Assembly: GCA_025603075.1 (NCBI GenBank)
Contig: MU626325.1
Location: 40,645-104,644, forward strand
Length of the DNA: 64,000 nucleotides
Direction: 5' to 3'
Source of the DNA: Neoconidiobolus thromboides FSU 785
Lineage: Eukaryota > Fungi > Entomophthoromycota
Shown here: piece after piece, positions 39,754 through 53,547 of the stretch
Layout of the letters: every line of letters begins with the position of its first letter
Position numbering within the stretch: position 1 is the stretch's first letter
Translations under genes and position numbers: made by a program
The notes under the pieces: model-generated
Database searches by the model: none
What the model was told of the DNA's origin: nothing
Seen by the model: the letters and a program-made list of their open reading frames with translations, nothing else

Positions 39754-40323
39754 TATGCTGGAAGTTCTAATTCAAAATAGTTAACTTATAATATAAATGT
39801 AAATATCATATAATTCACTTATTTAATATATTAGATAGCTTTTCTTAGGAAATATATCAACTACTTGAAAATCTTTCAAGCTATTTATTAAAAACTAATA
39901 TATTAGCTTATGCTTCGGAGATGTTGCTATTATTGTTATATGATATATTATAAAATACCACTATATCTAATATTTCTAATTTCTAATTAAGTCAATTTTA
40001 TTTTTCTATAATTTATTTCAAACTGAACAATTCTGACTACTAAACTATGTTACAAAAAATGTATAAAGTAAATATGATTGGTTATATTATAAAATGAATT
40101 TTTAATTTCAAATGTTCTAAAAGCTTAAATAAATGACTAGAAGTTACTAAATATTGTTAATTCCATGTTACAAAGGAAATAACAAAATACTTGTAATATA
40201 GTATCAGAGAAAACACTTTAATATATTAGTTTGGTTTTATTATTGATTGTTGTTCTTAGTCCTCATTCACCCCACTATAAAATATAAGCGAAAGAAACAT
40301 CATATAAATTACTTTTAAATAAG

Positions 40324-41019
40324 ATGAAATTTTTATTTATTTTAGTTTTAGTATCAGTTTTACTTGCTTTTGCTCATGCTTGGGAGCTAAGGGTACCTAA
40401 GATAAGAGCTTTGAAGTCAAAAGGAAAGTCTCCAAAGGGCTCTGGGTCCAAAGCAAGTAAACCCGCTAGTGTGAAAGGAGATAAAAAGATAGAAGCTGAC
40501 AAAGGATCAAAGCAGACTAAAGCTAATAAAAAAGGAGAAAAAGATACTACTGGAAAAGGAAAGAAAGAAGGGATTTCTAAAAAAGGAGAAAAAAAAGTTT
40601 TAGGCCTTAGCAAGCCTTCTAGTGAATCAAATACATACTTTAAGCAATTAGAAAAGGATCTCCCAACTATTGTTGAAAAGGCCAAAGAAGATATCAAAAC
40701 AATAGATGGAAGTAACGAGGGCACAAAAGCTGGTAAAGGGGCTGAAGAATCCAAAGATACCAAAGTTAAGAAAGGAACCAAGGGTAATAAAGGAGATAAG
40801 AGCGTTAAAGGTGCCAAAAGTGCCAAAAGTACTAAGAGTAGAAAAGGAGCTAAAGAGACTATAAATAACAAAAAAGGTAAAGAGATAAAAAGTAAAGTCA
40901 AGAAACCAAGTAGAAAAGGGGGTGCTAGTCAAAAGGCTACTTTTAAAGCCAAAAAGGTCAAACGTGCTGTTGTAAGAGCAGCTTATAACTGCGCTCATAG
41001 CTTTGGTTTACTTCAATAG
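40324..41019 (+). CDS. Secreted Lys/Gly-rich low-complexity basic protein
   Basis: Signal peptide MKFLFILVLVSVLLAFAHA followed by a strongly K-rich body. Confidence 0.7.
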   Translation: MKFLFILVLVSVLLAFAHAWELRVPKIRALKSKGKSPKGSGSKASKPASVKGDKKIEADKGSKQTKANKKGEKDTTGKGKKEGISKKGEKKVLGLSKPSSESNTYFKQLEKDLPTIVEKAKEDIKTIDGSNEGTKAGKGAEESKDTKVKKGTKGNKGDKSVKGAKSAKSTKSRKGAKETINNKKGKEIKSKVKKPSRKGGASQKATFKAKKVKRAVVRAAYNCAHSFGLLQ

Positions 41020-41253
41020 ATTTTCGTAATCATTTACAACCTCTAGGTTTAAATAACTTATAATTCATGATGATATTGAAAAAATATTGAATATTGCATA
41101 ATAATAAACATTAATTTTATTTTAGCTTAGTTGTTATTCAAATTTATTTTAGATGTTTATCCTAAATTATTTTCACTAATATCATCAAAATGATTTAAAC
41201 ATGAAAAATATATGAAGGAGTAAAAAACTTAAAGGGATTATTTATTTTTGTTT

Positions 41254-42237
41254 TTAGCAACTTCCACCAAGACGAACATCCCAATAAGTAAGATGGTCAC
41301 TGACGTTTAAAAAGGGTTCAGCAGAAAGGGAACAAGAAGCATCTTCAATTTGAGAAGTTGAACAGATTTTAGCTGAATTTTTATGTAACCACATTTCAAC
41401 AAAGTAGTGGTTGAACGACATCGAACGAGGAGGGACATGAGGTACGATATCTTGGTCGTTGGTAACTCTTGTTGAAAGCAAGTTCAAGGAATCGAACCAA
41501 TTAGCAAAATCTGCATTTCCTACCCTAGGTTGTCCATAAGTAAAGAGTTGAATATTTCCCCATGAGAGCTTTTGAGATGCTTGAAGGTCGATTGCTGCTA
41601 AATTACCAATAGCACCACCTAAAGAATGACCAACAACAACTAATTTAAAACCAGGATTGCTCTTTAGAAGCTCACTTACTACTGGTGTGTAAACTGGACT
41701 AAGGGCATCTCTAGCTTGTTTAAAGCCAAGATGAACTTGTATTTTGCTATTACCAGAAAATAAATCAGTTTTTGCAATTTTAACATTTTGTACCCAATTT
41801 TTTATGTTAGATGTTCCTCTAAAGGAAATGACAACAATTCTGTTGACAGTATCAAGTCCAACAAAACCTCTTGTTTCATGCTTGGAATTATCAAAGACTT
41901 TAACCACCTTTAATCCCCCGTATACCGAACAATGGTTACATTTCCAGCTGGATAAGGTAGAATCGCTACAGTAAGCAGCACCAGCCAACCTTGCAAATTT
42001 CTTTGCAGTTGCTTCATTTGACACAGTCAATCTAGTTACTGTAGATGCCCTAGATTGTTTTACTGGAATATCTTTAAAATCTTTAACAACTTGATTAAGA
42101 TTTGAGATCAAATTATTGAGGTATGGGTCTGAGGAAGCAGAAACAGAAGTAGCGTTAAATTTAGCTTCTTGCTGTAATTCACCATTGAAAGCGGAAAGGT
42201 AGAAGATGGAGGATAATAATGTAATGTTTAACTTCAT
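41254..42237 (-). CDS. Secreted class-3 lipase
   Basis: Signal peptide, AGAAYC, SFRGT, GHSLGG nucleophile elbow, YGQPRVGN, DIVPHVP, terminal His. Confidence 0.92.
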   Translation of the reverse strand: MKLNITLLSSIFYLSAFNGELQQEAKFNATSVSASSDPYLNNLISNLNQVVKDFKDIPVKQSRASTVTRLTVSNEATAKKFARLAGAAYCSDSTLSSWKCNHCSVYGGLKVVKVFDNSKHETRGFVGLDTVNRIVVISFRGTSNIKNWVQNVKIAKTDLFSGNSKIQVHLGFKQARDALSPVYTPVVSELLKSNPGFKLVVVGHSLGGAIGNLAAIDLQASQKLSWGNIQLFTYGQPRVGNADFANWFDSLNLLSTRVTNDQDIVPHVPPRSMSFNHYFVEMWLHKNSAKICSTSQIEDASCSLSAEPFLNVSDHLTYWDVRLGGSC

Positions 42238-44587
42238 GTTGAAATTATGTTAATAATGGTAGAAACATTGGTCTATATTTATATTATTTTATTTTACTAT
42301 AGTGATGTCTAAATGTCTAATTAAAAATGCTTATTTTTTGTAAAAAATATAAATGGAGAACTTCTATAATAAATTGATAGTTAACGAGTAAAATTAAATA
42401 AATGAATGATAAATATATTATTGAAATAAATCAAGTGATTTTATAGTAAATCCTTATTGATTTATTTGTAAATAAAATTAACAATAACCATAAGTGGACA
42501 TATAAAAACTGTATTGGATACTAGAAGATATAATGGTGTATTGCCATATACCCATTATGTTTGTACATTGTTATTGCTGGTTATTAATGTTTCATTTAAT
42601 AGTACGTCGACGCTTCACTTAATGGTTCAGTAGTAAAAGCTATAACAAAAGTAATAGATGCGATTTTAAATACAAACGTTACATCTGCATCATTTAAATT
42701 AGAAGGGGGTAAAATTAAGGTTGAATAACACATGGTTTAATCTAAGTTATATATTTGGTATTTAACATTAAAATAGTATTTTATATTAAATTTTAAAAAA
42801 GGATTATTGAGCTTGAGAAGAATGTTTTCAGTCATTTAAGAAATAACAATATTAGCTATCCTTGTTGTAATTATACAGAACCTTTGAGCTTTTTATAAAG
42901 TTATTGTTGAATTATTTAAATCTCAGAAAATCAATTAGATAATATAAATATTTATAACCAATGTATATATCCTAAATGCTTATATGCTTTGGCAAACTCT
43001 ATTACATATTTTTGTCTTGCTTTTATAACTTACTCCTAATACTATAATTTCACGTAATAAACTTTTTTGGGAGTAACTTGAGAAATTCAAACAGTTTAAA
43101 CTCTTGGATTCATGACTCTGTTTAAGAATAATATAATCACAGCAGCCTTAATATTATCAATAAATAATGTACATTTGAAATTAAATGCTTAAAATCTCAT
43201 TCACTCTTTTTTAGAAAAAGCTTAACAAGTTTTTACTATTGTTGCCTCCCTCAAGATGCTATAATGTGAACGTTGTTCCGGAAAGTACGGAATTTTGTCT
43301 ATATATCATAAGCTTTGATTTACATACTAATTGAATAGTTTTTATTAGGATTTCGTCAAAAACATCAATGTAAAATTCTCATATTAAATTAATTCAAGAT
43401 AAGTTTTTAGTATTCTCAACTCTTCATAGATAAACAGAAGAAGGATTTATATCTATAATTACAGTATTAGTTAATCTTTTAGGATTTTAATATTTAATTA
43501 TGCCTTTAAAGAAACATTAAAATATCATGGCTATTATCAGTAAGAAAAGAAACATATCAAAGAGCGCTGTATCAAAACATAGATTCAAGTTTTTTTTTCC
43601 TCTTTAATTATATTTAGCAGCTGGTCGAAATTGGAGTGCTTTTGACAGCTTTGATTTTTTGTCTTAGATTTAAGAATTTTGGTTCTCTTATAATTTAAGA
43701 GCATTTCTGTTTCAAAATTTAGCTAAAAGGTTTTTTGAAACTTTATGTTATATCAAATGGTCAAAATATCAAATAAAAGACATTCATATTCCTTTCGTTA
43801 AACTCTTTATAATAGTTTCAAAAATATTCGTTGATACTCTATATGTCATACCGTTTAATTAGTAAGTGAAGAGCTGACAAAAGCTGTGTAAATTTTGAAA
43901 CTTTTAAATTGTTTCATGTATAAAAGTATCTGTTTAAAAGTGAACATAAAGCTGTGAGTAAAAATAAATAAATGTGATGGTTTGAATGTTTGAACCCTAT
44001 GCAAAACCTAACATTATGTATTGATGATCCTACTATACCCTATTGATTCTAAATTTATTTAAAACATCTAAGAAGCAGTCAGTCTTAATTAATTATAGTA
44101 ATTGTCAAGTTTATCTACAGATACAAATCTTAAAAGCCAATACTTAAATTTAAGTATAAACGCCATTATGAGCATCATATTATTAATAAATTAAAGCTAG
44201 TCTATAAACGGAACTTGTAAACTTAGCTTTTATTATAGCAAATGGTCAACAGTAATTATTCTAGTGACTATGATTATTGTGACATGTTGAATTACCATAT
44301 AATTTTTGTGGTTTTATAATTTCTTAAATAGAGCCAGATTATAATATGTCCCTAAAAGATATTAATCGTGTATTTCAATCATGACCATATTACACCAAGC
44401 ATTTAAGTAAGATGGGCTACTTTTTAAATAGTTCGAAAGGAGCTTCACTTTTTAATTATCTTAAACACTACAGTTATTGTTAAAAATCAAAAAGCTTACA
44501 AAAAATGATTAATTAAATTTAATAGCAAAATCAAAAAACAATTTGATTAGTTCTAGATAGTTACAGTCAAGACTACTTTTAAATTAT

Positions 44588-45583
44588 TTAGTCACAACCA
44601 CCACCAAATTGAATGCCCCAAACAGTAGTATGGTCCACAAGAGCACTTTTTATACCAGGAAGATCGGAGGAAAGACATGTATCATCTTCCAAAACTTTGT
44701 TAGAGCATGTTTTAGCCACCATCCCTTTAATATAGACTTCAGTATGTTGGTGAACAAACCCTAGGACACGACTAGGTAGCCTTGGAACGGGATCGTTATT
44801 ATTAGTAAAACGTGCAGAATCTAAGACACTCTTATTAAACCATTCCGCAAAGTTAGCATTTCCTACTCTGGGTTGGCAAAAAGTAACTAAACGCATATCC
44901 TTAAATGGTACTTTCAATTTGTTATTGATATCAAGGATAGCTAAGGTAGCAATAGCACCACCTAATGAATGACCAGTACTGACGATTGTAAAACCTGGGT
45001 TTTTTGATAATAATTTTGTAAGAATTGGGATATAGAGTTCACTTAGCTTGTCTCTACATTGTTTAAACCCAAGATGGACTTTAATATCTGGGTTATTGCT
45101 TAATAAATCAGTCTTAATAAGCTTAGCGTTCTGAAACCAATTTGGAAGATTTGAAGACCCTCTAAATGAAATGATAATCTCATTTTTGGTTGAATCAACA
45201 GCAATCAATGCCTTGGTAGAATAGGTAGGATCCTCTATTACAGTAAAATACTTTGCAGAAGTAGATTGTTTACAATGTCCACAGCTCCATGCCTCCAATG
45301 CTTTATTTGAACAGTAAGATGCTCCAGCTAATCTCAAGTATCTTTTAGACTCACTATCATTTGGTACCAAACCTTCGGAAATAAAACCACGGAGTAAGTT
45401 TTTACTTCTTTTCCTTACAACTGTGTCTTTCGCTGCTTCTGCAGTAATAGCAGCCATTTCATTCTTAATTCGAGATAAGAAAGGATCTGCGCTTCCAGAG
45501 CCTGCATCTGCATCACGTGGTTTCAGATTGAACCCTAAAAATGTAGGGACATTAATTAAAATTAAGAAGTTTGCCAATTTCAT
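44588..45583 (-). CDS. Secreted class-3 lipase, tandem paralog
   Basis: AGASYC, SFRGS, GHSLGG, QPRVGN, DPVPRLP, DH motifs. Confidence 0.92.
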   Translation of the reverse strand: MKLANFLILINVPTFLGFNLKPRDADAGSGSADPFLSRIKNEMAAITAEAAKDTVVRKRSKNLLRGFISEGLVPNDSESKRYLRLAGASYCSNKALEAWSCGHCKQSTSAKYFTVIEDPTYSTKALIAVDSTKNEIIISFRGSSNLPNWFQNAKLIKTDLLSNNPDIKVHLGFKQCRDKLSELYIPILTKLLSKNPGFTIVSTGHSLGGAIATLAILDINNKLKVPFKDMRLVTFCQPRVGNANFAEWFNKSVLDSARFTNNNDPVPRLPSRVLGFVHQHTEVYIKGMVAKTCSNKVLEDDTCLSSDLPGIKSALVDHTTVWGIQFGGGCD

Positions 45584-47613
45584 ATAGAGCTATCAAATAG
45601 TGATAAAATAACATGAAGTAAATGCAGTATATCTCTCTTATTTATAGCATCTATTTAGGCATACAATTACTGTCCATATCAATTAATTTAATTTATATGT
45701 TCCTCTTGTATTATACATATTTGATTTGAAATTAATAAAATTAATAAAATATCAATTATTAAATAGTGAACATTTACTTAAACAGTCTTAATCTACTCTA
45801 TGTACATTTAATTAATTATATAGTTGTTCGGTTAATAAATTAATATGGTGAAATTCACATAATTTAATACAAATTTACCATTAATTATAAATTTTATCTA
45901 TCTTTCAATTGATAAGCTGAGTGTTAGCACTACAAGTTAAATACCTACAAATAAATATTGATTCAGATTGTTGTCTTGTTTATGATTTAAACACAAATAA
46001 TATTACAACTGTCAAGAGCTTTTTTACTTATTAACCTCAATTAGGTAATTGCTTTTTTTTTGGATTTTATCATGAGTCTTGCAATCTATTGTTTCAATTA
46101 ACTTTACTTTAATTGATAAAAACAATAACACTGTTATTCATCTGCTATGTTTTTCACTTTACAGAACACAAATACTTTATCTGTATAACACAGTACATTT
46201 GAAGAAGTTTAAACCATATTTTATAAAATCATTTGAAATTATATATTTACACATTATTTACAAATAAATACCTAAAACTATAATTGGAAATTGAGGTAAT
46301 AAGTCTAATATATTTTAGCTTTAACTTTTATAAGTTTTAGGTATAAACAATTCTTATTAGAATAGTAGGCTAAAGCCCAAACGAGAACAAAGGCTAGTAT
46401 ACATCTTTAAAAGACAGTGTTTGCCCTAAAAAACAGTCATATTTAATAAGTTAAAATAAAAGGTAATAATAAATGAAATTTGGATATGATATAATTTATA
46501 GGTTTAAAGAAACACTAGATACTTTACTCAATAAAATAAATTTACTCAAAAATTTTGATCAAGTTGCGAATTACTTGATTGAAGCACGTGGTGAAGCTAA
46601 GGCCGATAAAATCAAGAGAACCATAAAACCATAAAAAATCAAAATGAAATAAAATTGCTAAAAAACTACCGTACCACACTCCATTGATTTATTTGTATAA
46701 AATAGGTGGTTTTTTTATGCAAAATTAACGGTTTTCTATCAGTACAAAATAACGTACTCATTTTTAGGTAAATTTTTGGATTTAAAAAGTATTGGAAAAT
46801 AGTTAAAACCATCAATAATTGTAACATTTAATAAGAAACTTAATCTGTTGGAAAAAAATATTTAACATTACAACATTCCTACCAAAAACTTCATTAAAAG
46901 ACTTTTACTATAACTTTGTGTAAATAATGTTGTGCTATTTATAGCACACTAAATTATTTTAGAGCAATTCTAAAAAATGAAAAGGTATTGGACAAGCCAT
47001 TAGTACTTGAATGAAGATTGTCAAATAGTTTTTTTGGTATATAGTATATTTTATTTTTCTTCATTTTGAAATACATGCACCCAAGTATTCTATTAATTAA
47101 AACAAAAAAGAAAATACTAAAGATATTAAGCTCTAGGTACCAAAGTACTGAGTAGAAAGCTTATAGAAGTACACGAAGACAGCCCAACCTCTTCAAATCT
47201 TTTTTGAACTGGGAAAGTCAAAATAATGGTACGTCATCTTAATTTGACAAGGTAACTAAAATTACTAATTTTTTCTTATTAGAGCGGTAATAACCAATGT
47301 ATAATATCATAATAATAAAAATGACTGCTGTCAAATATATTATTATATTACAAAAAAATACCTGAATTTAATTATGTCGTATATTTTTAGCAACTTTGTT
47401 AGCTGATAAACTTACAAGTTATTTTTTTACACTTAAAATAAACTTAAGATTAGCTGATACTAAATTTTACTAAAATAAAACTGATATAAGAAAATTAATA
47501 AAAAAGAATAATATTCAATTAGTTCTTCAGCTGTTTATTGCATTTAAGCAAATATTATGTTAAATAATGCCAGAAGTGAATTCGAATGTTTTTTATTTTT
47601 AAAATGAGTCAAA

Positions 47614-47719
47614 ATATGGGGATGTATTTTTGTATTTAAGAATTTTACTAACAATTTTTCCACTCAAATAGTGCTTAAAAGATGGAAAAAATGCCGAGGC
47701 TAAAAAAACATCCCCATAC
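47614..47719 (+). mobile_element. MITE family A copy 15
   Basis: ATAT/ATAC flanks; close to consensus. Confidence 0.9.
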
Positions 47720-47772
47720 ACTAAAAAAATACATTTTATTACTTCTTATAAAATGCCAGCTATTAAATTATA

Positions 47773-47877
47773 ATATGGAAACATTTTTTTACCTTTAAGA
47801 ATTTTACTACCAATTTTTCCGCTCAAATAGCACTTAAAACATGAGAAAAGTAATGAAGCCAAAAAACACCCCCATAT
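47773..47877 (+). mobile_element. MITE family A copy 16
   Basis: ATAT flanks; tandem with copy 15. Confidence 0.85.
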
Positions 47878-48494
47878 AGTGTTGAGTTTTTCTTATTGAA
47901 AAACAAGGTTGAAAATTAAACCTGTAGCATTTAGTTCAAAATTAGATAGTATAGGACGTGTAATACGTAGCAACCCAAAAGGCTGCATCTTAACATAGAG
48001 TTAATACTGTTATGTGCGATTGTATTATATTATCTTTAATTCCACATTTAATAGGATGGTACGATTTAGTTAAAAAAATTTAAAACTTTGAAGAATATTA
48101 TATTAGTATATAAAATATTTGAAGAAAGTTTGAATATTTTAAAAAATATGGGAATAATTTAACACAAGGGATAGACTTTACACTATGTTGACACGCGATC
48201 TAGATGGCGTTTTTTTAGCGTTCATTTAATTCTACCAAGGCTTATAAAAGCTTAACCTTTAAAATTGGATGGCAAGAGGGAGTGGTCTTACCACTAGGTA
48301 GAAATCCTTTTGATTAAAAATGACAAATTTCACAAATAAGCAAATTGGAATGTAAGTACAATCAATTTAAATTCTAAACATTTTATCTAGTTAGCTGTGG
48401 GAACTATTTGTTTGATAAATTATTAGGCTCCTCTAATTTGATTCGAATGTCTATTAAATTTTTTACTTTAAATAACAGACCAACATAATAACTT

Positions 48495-48978
48495 TGTGAA
48501 ATCTGGTACTCAGGGTTTGGAATCAAGAACAGCTATTGCTGGGTTGACTACACTATAAGTCGAAAGGTCTTAGTTTATGTGACTGAGATAGACTTAGATT
48601 ATGAGGAATAGCACGTAATAGGTTACAAGCTATATAAAACAAATAGAATAGACAATACTAATGTAAAATCTATGTAAAATACTATTAAGAAAACTTAGTG
48701 GCTTTATTAAATGTTCGAGATATCAAAGAATAATTCAGTTATAAAAGCCTCGAACTACTATACTCTGTAAACTCTTTTATACTCTGTAAACTCTTTTATA
48801 CTCTGAAAAGTATAAATATCAAAATGAGAAGATAACATTCTTTTGGATGGAGCTAGAAGTTCTCATAACAAATCAAAATAAGAACATGGGATTGATTTCC
48901 TCTGAGCTCGAGAACACAACAGCTTAGGCGGTTGTTATGTTATAATTAACCATGGGACTGACAAAGCGATATTTCACG
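48495..48978. mobile_element. Solo LTR, copy 1
   Basis: TGTGAAAT...ATTTCACG inverted termini, 5-bp direct repeat AACTT on both flanks, homologous to 57173-57635. Confidence 0.75.
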
Positions 48979-50689
48979 AACTTCTCAAGATAGTTGTATT
49001 GCTATCATAGACAAATCTAAACAGTAATAGGATTATAGCTGTTAACGTTTAACGAAGTGTCTTTTTTTAAATAACTATTTAAGTCACTGATCTTCAAATA
49101 CTTTGAATTTTGTAACACTTCTACAATACAAATCTAATTAGCGACTCTACATTCTTTGGTCAGGATGTCATTAATGGAGTTTACATGATAAAATTTTTTT
49201 AACAAAATATTACATTTTCAAAATAACTTCCTTTATTAAATTAATCTTCTAAATTTAACAAACTTTATAGTATTTGGTTATACATAAGAATGAGTTAATA
49301 AAGCTGAGTATCTTATAAACTCCAAGTATCAGAACAACATCAATCCTTTTATAAATATCATGTATTTATTTTTATAGTAAAAACTGTAGTTCGGACCATG
49401 TCCTTCAAAACATCAATACCATTGTTTTATTCAGCTTTCTAAGTATAGTGTTAAGTTTATTTTATCCTCATTTGGAAGAATTCGTAGCGTATCTTTAGTT
49501 ACATTTTCTCTCAGACCCTTGAATTTATAAATGCTTGATTTTGAGATTAAGTGAAATTGGAAAAAAACAATTTTTTGTTTATATTTATATTAAGAGGTGC
49601 TTCCTTATAGGTAAAAATGAGCAGTAACGATATTTCACTAACTTATATTTAGTAGCATTATTCTTCAAAATAACCCACAATATTTCATAGTAAGGTCGGT
49701 TTTTGAAAAATATAATCTACCCAATTTTTGATATGTTTAAAGAGAATATATTAAGACAAAATATTTTAATATATAAAAGAAATATAGCTAAAATAGTTTT
49801 ACCTCTTTATTTGAATACAGGAAACGATAAAACTAGTCTATTGGGACTAAGCCAAAAGAATTCAAACTCAATAATGACAATAAATTAAAATTCTATATTA
49901 TATATTATAATAATTATAATCCCTATATATTAATTTTTGAGGTATAAAAAAACCTTACTTGGCATATGAGTTTGTTTAAAAGTTAATCATATAACTACTA
50001 ACAACATAAAAAGCCAAAAATGGTATCGCATTGATGATAGTGGGTATATTATCTGTAAAGCCAATTCATTGCTAATGATATCGATAGCTTGATTATGGTG
50101 AATAAGTTTAAGTAATTGTTTTTGGGGCTATTTGTTTATTTCAAAAATACTTTTATTATCTCGGGACTGTTTAATAACTAAGACACCTATACTGTATAGT
50201 TTAGATAACAGGTTATATTTAATATTTGTAAAAAAATAATTGAATAGAATTCTCTATAAGAATATTATATTAGGAACATGTTAGTATAACAACTAACATA
50301 GAGTTTTGTAAGCAACTAAACACTGAATTGATAGCAATTAAAATCACTTTTTGCGCCAACGTTTGTTAGTACATGTCAAAGTTTATGTTACTACGATTAA
50401 TTCCATCAAGTTAAAGGGTTTAATAATACAAAACTATTTTTTTACTGTTTTTTTTTATTCTCGCTGGATCAAAGGAATAGCAATAAGTTCATCCAAAGAA
50501 GCCACCTATTTTTTATTTCTGTCTTCTATCAATTACTCCGATGCTGAAAATTCTAAACATCACCTGAGTGTGTATTGAAAACCGGTTAGTTATTCTGATA
50601 ACTTTGTAAATACTTTCATCATATTCTATTGGCTAAAATAAATCATTTTATTTAGAAAAGATATCTTTTCATCTTAAGTTTCTTTCAAA

Positions 50690-51982
50690 ATGAGCATACA
50701 ATTTGAGTGTTTGCCAGAGTTTCTAGTAGAAGAGATATTCAAATTATTGGATCCAGCTGTATTATTTGAGTTTCGTTTTTTAAGTAAATATTTGTCCAAG
50801 CTTGTGGACAATGTAATCAAATATAACTTAACTTACTCGGCTTATGACGATATTAGAGTATACCAAAAACATCAACAGGAATTTATTGAAGAACATGTAC
50901 TATCAATGAAACATATCAATATAGTTGGTGATAAAAATATCAGATACTTAGATTCTTGTCCAAATTTAGTATCTATTTATTATAAAAAGGAGTTAGGAAG
51001 TAGTAACAAGAAGATAAATAGCGAATTGTCAAAATTAAAATGGATGGTTATGGATTCGGATGATCATCAACAGACATTAAAGATATTTAATAATTATTTA
51101 GGTCAACTTAAAGGATTTGAAGTCATTGGAATTAATGTATACACTAGAGAGATCATTAAATACTTGAACCCTAATAAACTGGTTTCATTTAAAATATATT
51201 CCAGGAGTAAGCTATATCTTGATGGGCTAGATAAAATCAAAGCGAATTATAATAAACTAAATGTACTACATTTCAAAACAAATCTATCCTTATTTCCTCC
51301 TGTGATATTTAGTTCTAATTTGAGTTTTGCTTCTAACTTAAAGTTGGAAATTCAAGCAAAATATAAATTCAATCTGGAATGTTTTGGTAATATAAAGCAA
51401 TTCAAGAGTATTAAACTAATAGACTTCCCTGATAGTGAGCTCGAAAAAACCAATGCTTACGACAATGTTAGTATATTTAAAAGTAATGGTATTATTACCA
51501 AAGCTTTTTTTGATTCCAACTTTCCAATTAAATATGATGTTTTGAAGTTACCAACATTAAAATATGTTCATTTCAAAGAGTTATCAAAAGAAATTTTAAC
51601 TGCAATTCAACTTTTGCCAAATATCCAAGTTTTGTCTTTAGATACAAAATGGTCCAGTATTAAAGAGATATTTGGTAAATCCAATTTAAATGATATTAAC
51701 CTTTATGACGAGAAGCACAACTCAATTAAATGTAAGTTTATCAAAGAAATTAAAATTAAGGAGTTTCATAATACATTAAAAGAATTCTATTGTTTTTTAT
51801 CCCTTTTTCCATATGTTGAAGAATTAAAAACTGCAAGCTTTGATTTAACAGATTTTGATGAAAATATTAGCTATCACATTACTACTCGATTATCCCTACT
51901 TACGCCTTATAGATCGGAGCAGTACCCACTTTATAAAAGTAAATTGAGATATATTCGTAACACATCATGGGTTTACAAATAG
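50690..51982 (+). CDS. F-box protein (N-terminal F-box, LRR-like C-terminus)
   Basis: LPEFLVEEIFKLLD...FRFLSKYL F-box pattern; intronless 430 aa. Confidence 0.7.
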   Translation: MSIQFECLPEFLVEEIFKLLDPAVLFEFRFLSKYLSKLVDNVIKYNLTYSAYDDIRVYQKHQQEFIEEHVLSMKHINIVGDKNIRYLDSCPNLVSIYYKKELGSSNKKINSELSKLKWMVMDSDDHQQTLKIFNNYLGQLKGFEVIGINVYTREIIKYLNPNKLVSFKIYSRSKLYLDGLDKIKANYNKLNVLHFKTNLSLFPPVIFSSNLSFASNLKLEIQAKYKFNLECFGNIKQFKSIKLIDFPDSELEKTNAYDNVSIFKSNGIITKAFFDSNFPIKYDVLKLPTLKYVHFKELSKEILTAIQLLPNIQVLSLDTKWSSIKEIFGKSNLNDINLYDEKHNSIKCKFIKEIKIKEFHNTLKEFYCFLSLFPYVEELKTASFDLTDFDENISYHITTRLSLLTPYRSEQYPLYKSKLRYIRNTSWVYK

Positions 51983-52021
51983 CGTGGTACTTAAATTTAT
52001 TATAAATATCAATGATAAACT

Positions 52022-52120
52022 ATATTGATTATGTTTTCGTTTTCATTACTTTTTCTATTTTTCAAATGTTGTTTGAACGGAAAGATTGTTAGTAAAATTC
52101 TTAAAAATACATCGTCATAT
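52022..52120 (-). mobile_element. MITE family A copy 17 (decayed)
   Basis: ATAT flanks, core reversed; 40 bp after the F-box stop. Confidence 0.65.
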
Positions 52121-52791
52121 TTTAACTTAATTTTTGCTTTATAATTTGATATTTAAGCCTTTTTAAATAGTGTGTGTAAAAAATAGTTATTAACAATAAA
52201 CAAATATTAACAAAATAGATATTTATTATCTATCATTAATTATGATATCTTATATATTACTTAAATGCATCTATGGCGGTAAATTATAGAGTGTAAGCAT
52301 AAAGTTTTACTTCGAAACTAGTATACATTGGTTTATAAAATCAGACAATTCTATTTAATATGAAATTCATTTATTAATTATCTAGATACCCAACAACATG
52401 GAAAAAAGTTAAAACTTTATTATAAAAATTGAATAAAATATAGTTTAAAGGTGAATGTTTTTTGAAATAGCTACAATTTCCATTATAGCCAATCAAAAAG
52501 AATTATATCCAACCTAAATAAAAACAGAAATAAAAATTATTAAAAAAATTGTTTAACAGATTTATTCAATTAAATTCAAACATCAGATTGAACTAAATTG
52601 TAGTTTTAATTACAATATATATCATGATAGTATATTGTCATAAGACATTAGGATTTAAACATATAGTATAAAATATTTTTACTTCATTTTATTAATTGGG
52701 CTATTTCTTTGTTCAAAAAATTCATTTGAAGCTGATTGATTCTCCCTAATTTCAAAAATAATTTGACAAGTTATATCTATCTTAAACTAAT

Positions 52792-52896
52792 ATTTGGGGA
52801 TGTATTTTTATGTTTGAATTTTACTGACGATTTCTCCGCTCAAATAGTGCTTAAAAGATAGAAAAAGTAATGAAGCCAAAAAAAACATCCCCATAT
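52792..52896 (+). mobile_element. MITE family A copy 18
   Basis: ATTT/ATAT flanks, TIRs, core. Confidence 0.85.
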
Positions 52897-53547
52897 ACTA
52901 GTTTCGAATTAAAATAAAGAAAATCAATTATGAAGTTAATACTCTATTGAACTTCATTGCTTATAAATTGATAAGTAATAAAGTTAAAGATCATACTGTT
53001 TATAATAAAATTAGAATGCTTAACAATGTTAAATCGGGCTCATTTAAAAGATAAAGAAATAAAGATCAAGATAAATAATGGGCTAATAAAACTATTGAAA
53101 TACAAGTAAAATTATGAGAAGAGGGACAATCAGAAGCTCAAGTCATGAGATTAGTTGAAGTGCAAATTGATTCAAATAAAGCTACTAAGAAAGATATAAG
53201 AAAGAAGTCCAAGAAAAGTTTCAAGAAAAAATGTAAGGAAGAATATAATGAAGACGTGATGTAGCAACTCAAACAAAGTTCTATAGAACTATTTGAAGCT
53301 TAATAATTGAATTTATTTTTATTTTTTTGAATAGTTTAAACTCTAAAAAACAAAAAGAAATAAAAATATCAAAAAATCAAATTTATTATGAGTTTAAATA
53401 TATACTTTAGTAAGTAAGTTGGTTAATATATTCAAATTTTTAATCTAAGTTTTAATATCTTTAATCGAGTTCCTTATTCTTTATAATTAACTTAATAACA
53501 TAAATCAAACAATTATACTAAAAATCATTATTATTATTATTAATTTA

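Noticed and set aside
40374-40998. Hydrophobic antisense ORFs (175 aa and 116 aa)
   Set aside because: Shadows of the Lys-rich plus-strand gene: A-rich codons read as Leu/Phe on the opposite strand.
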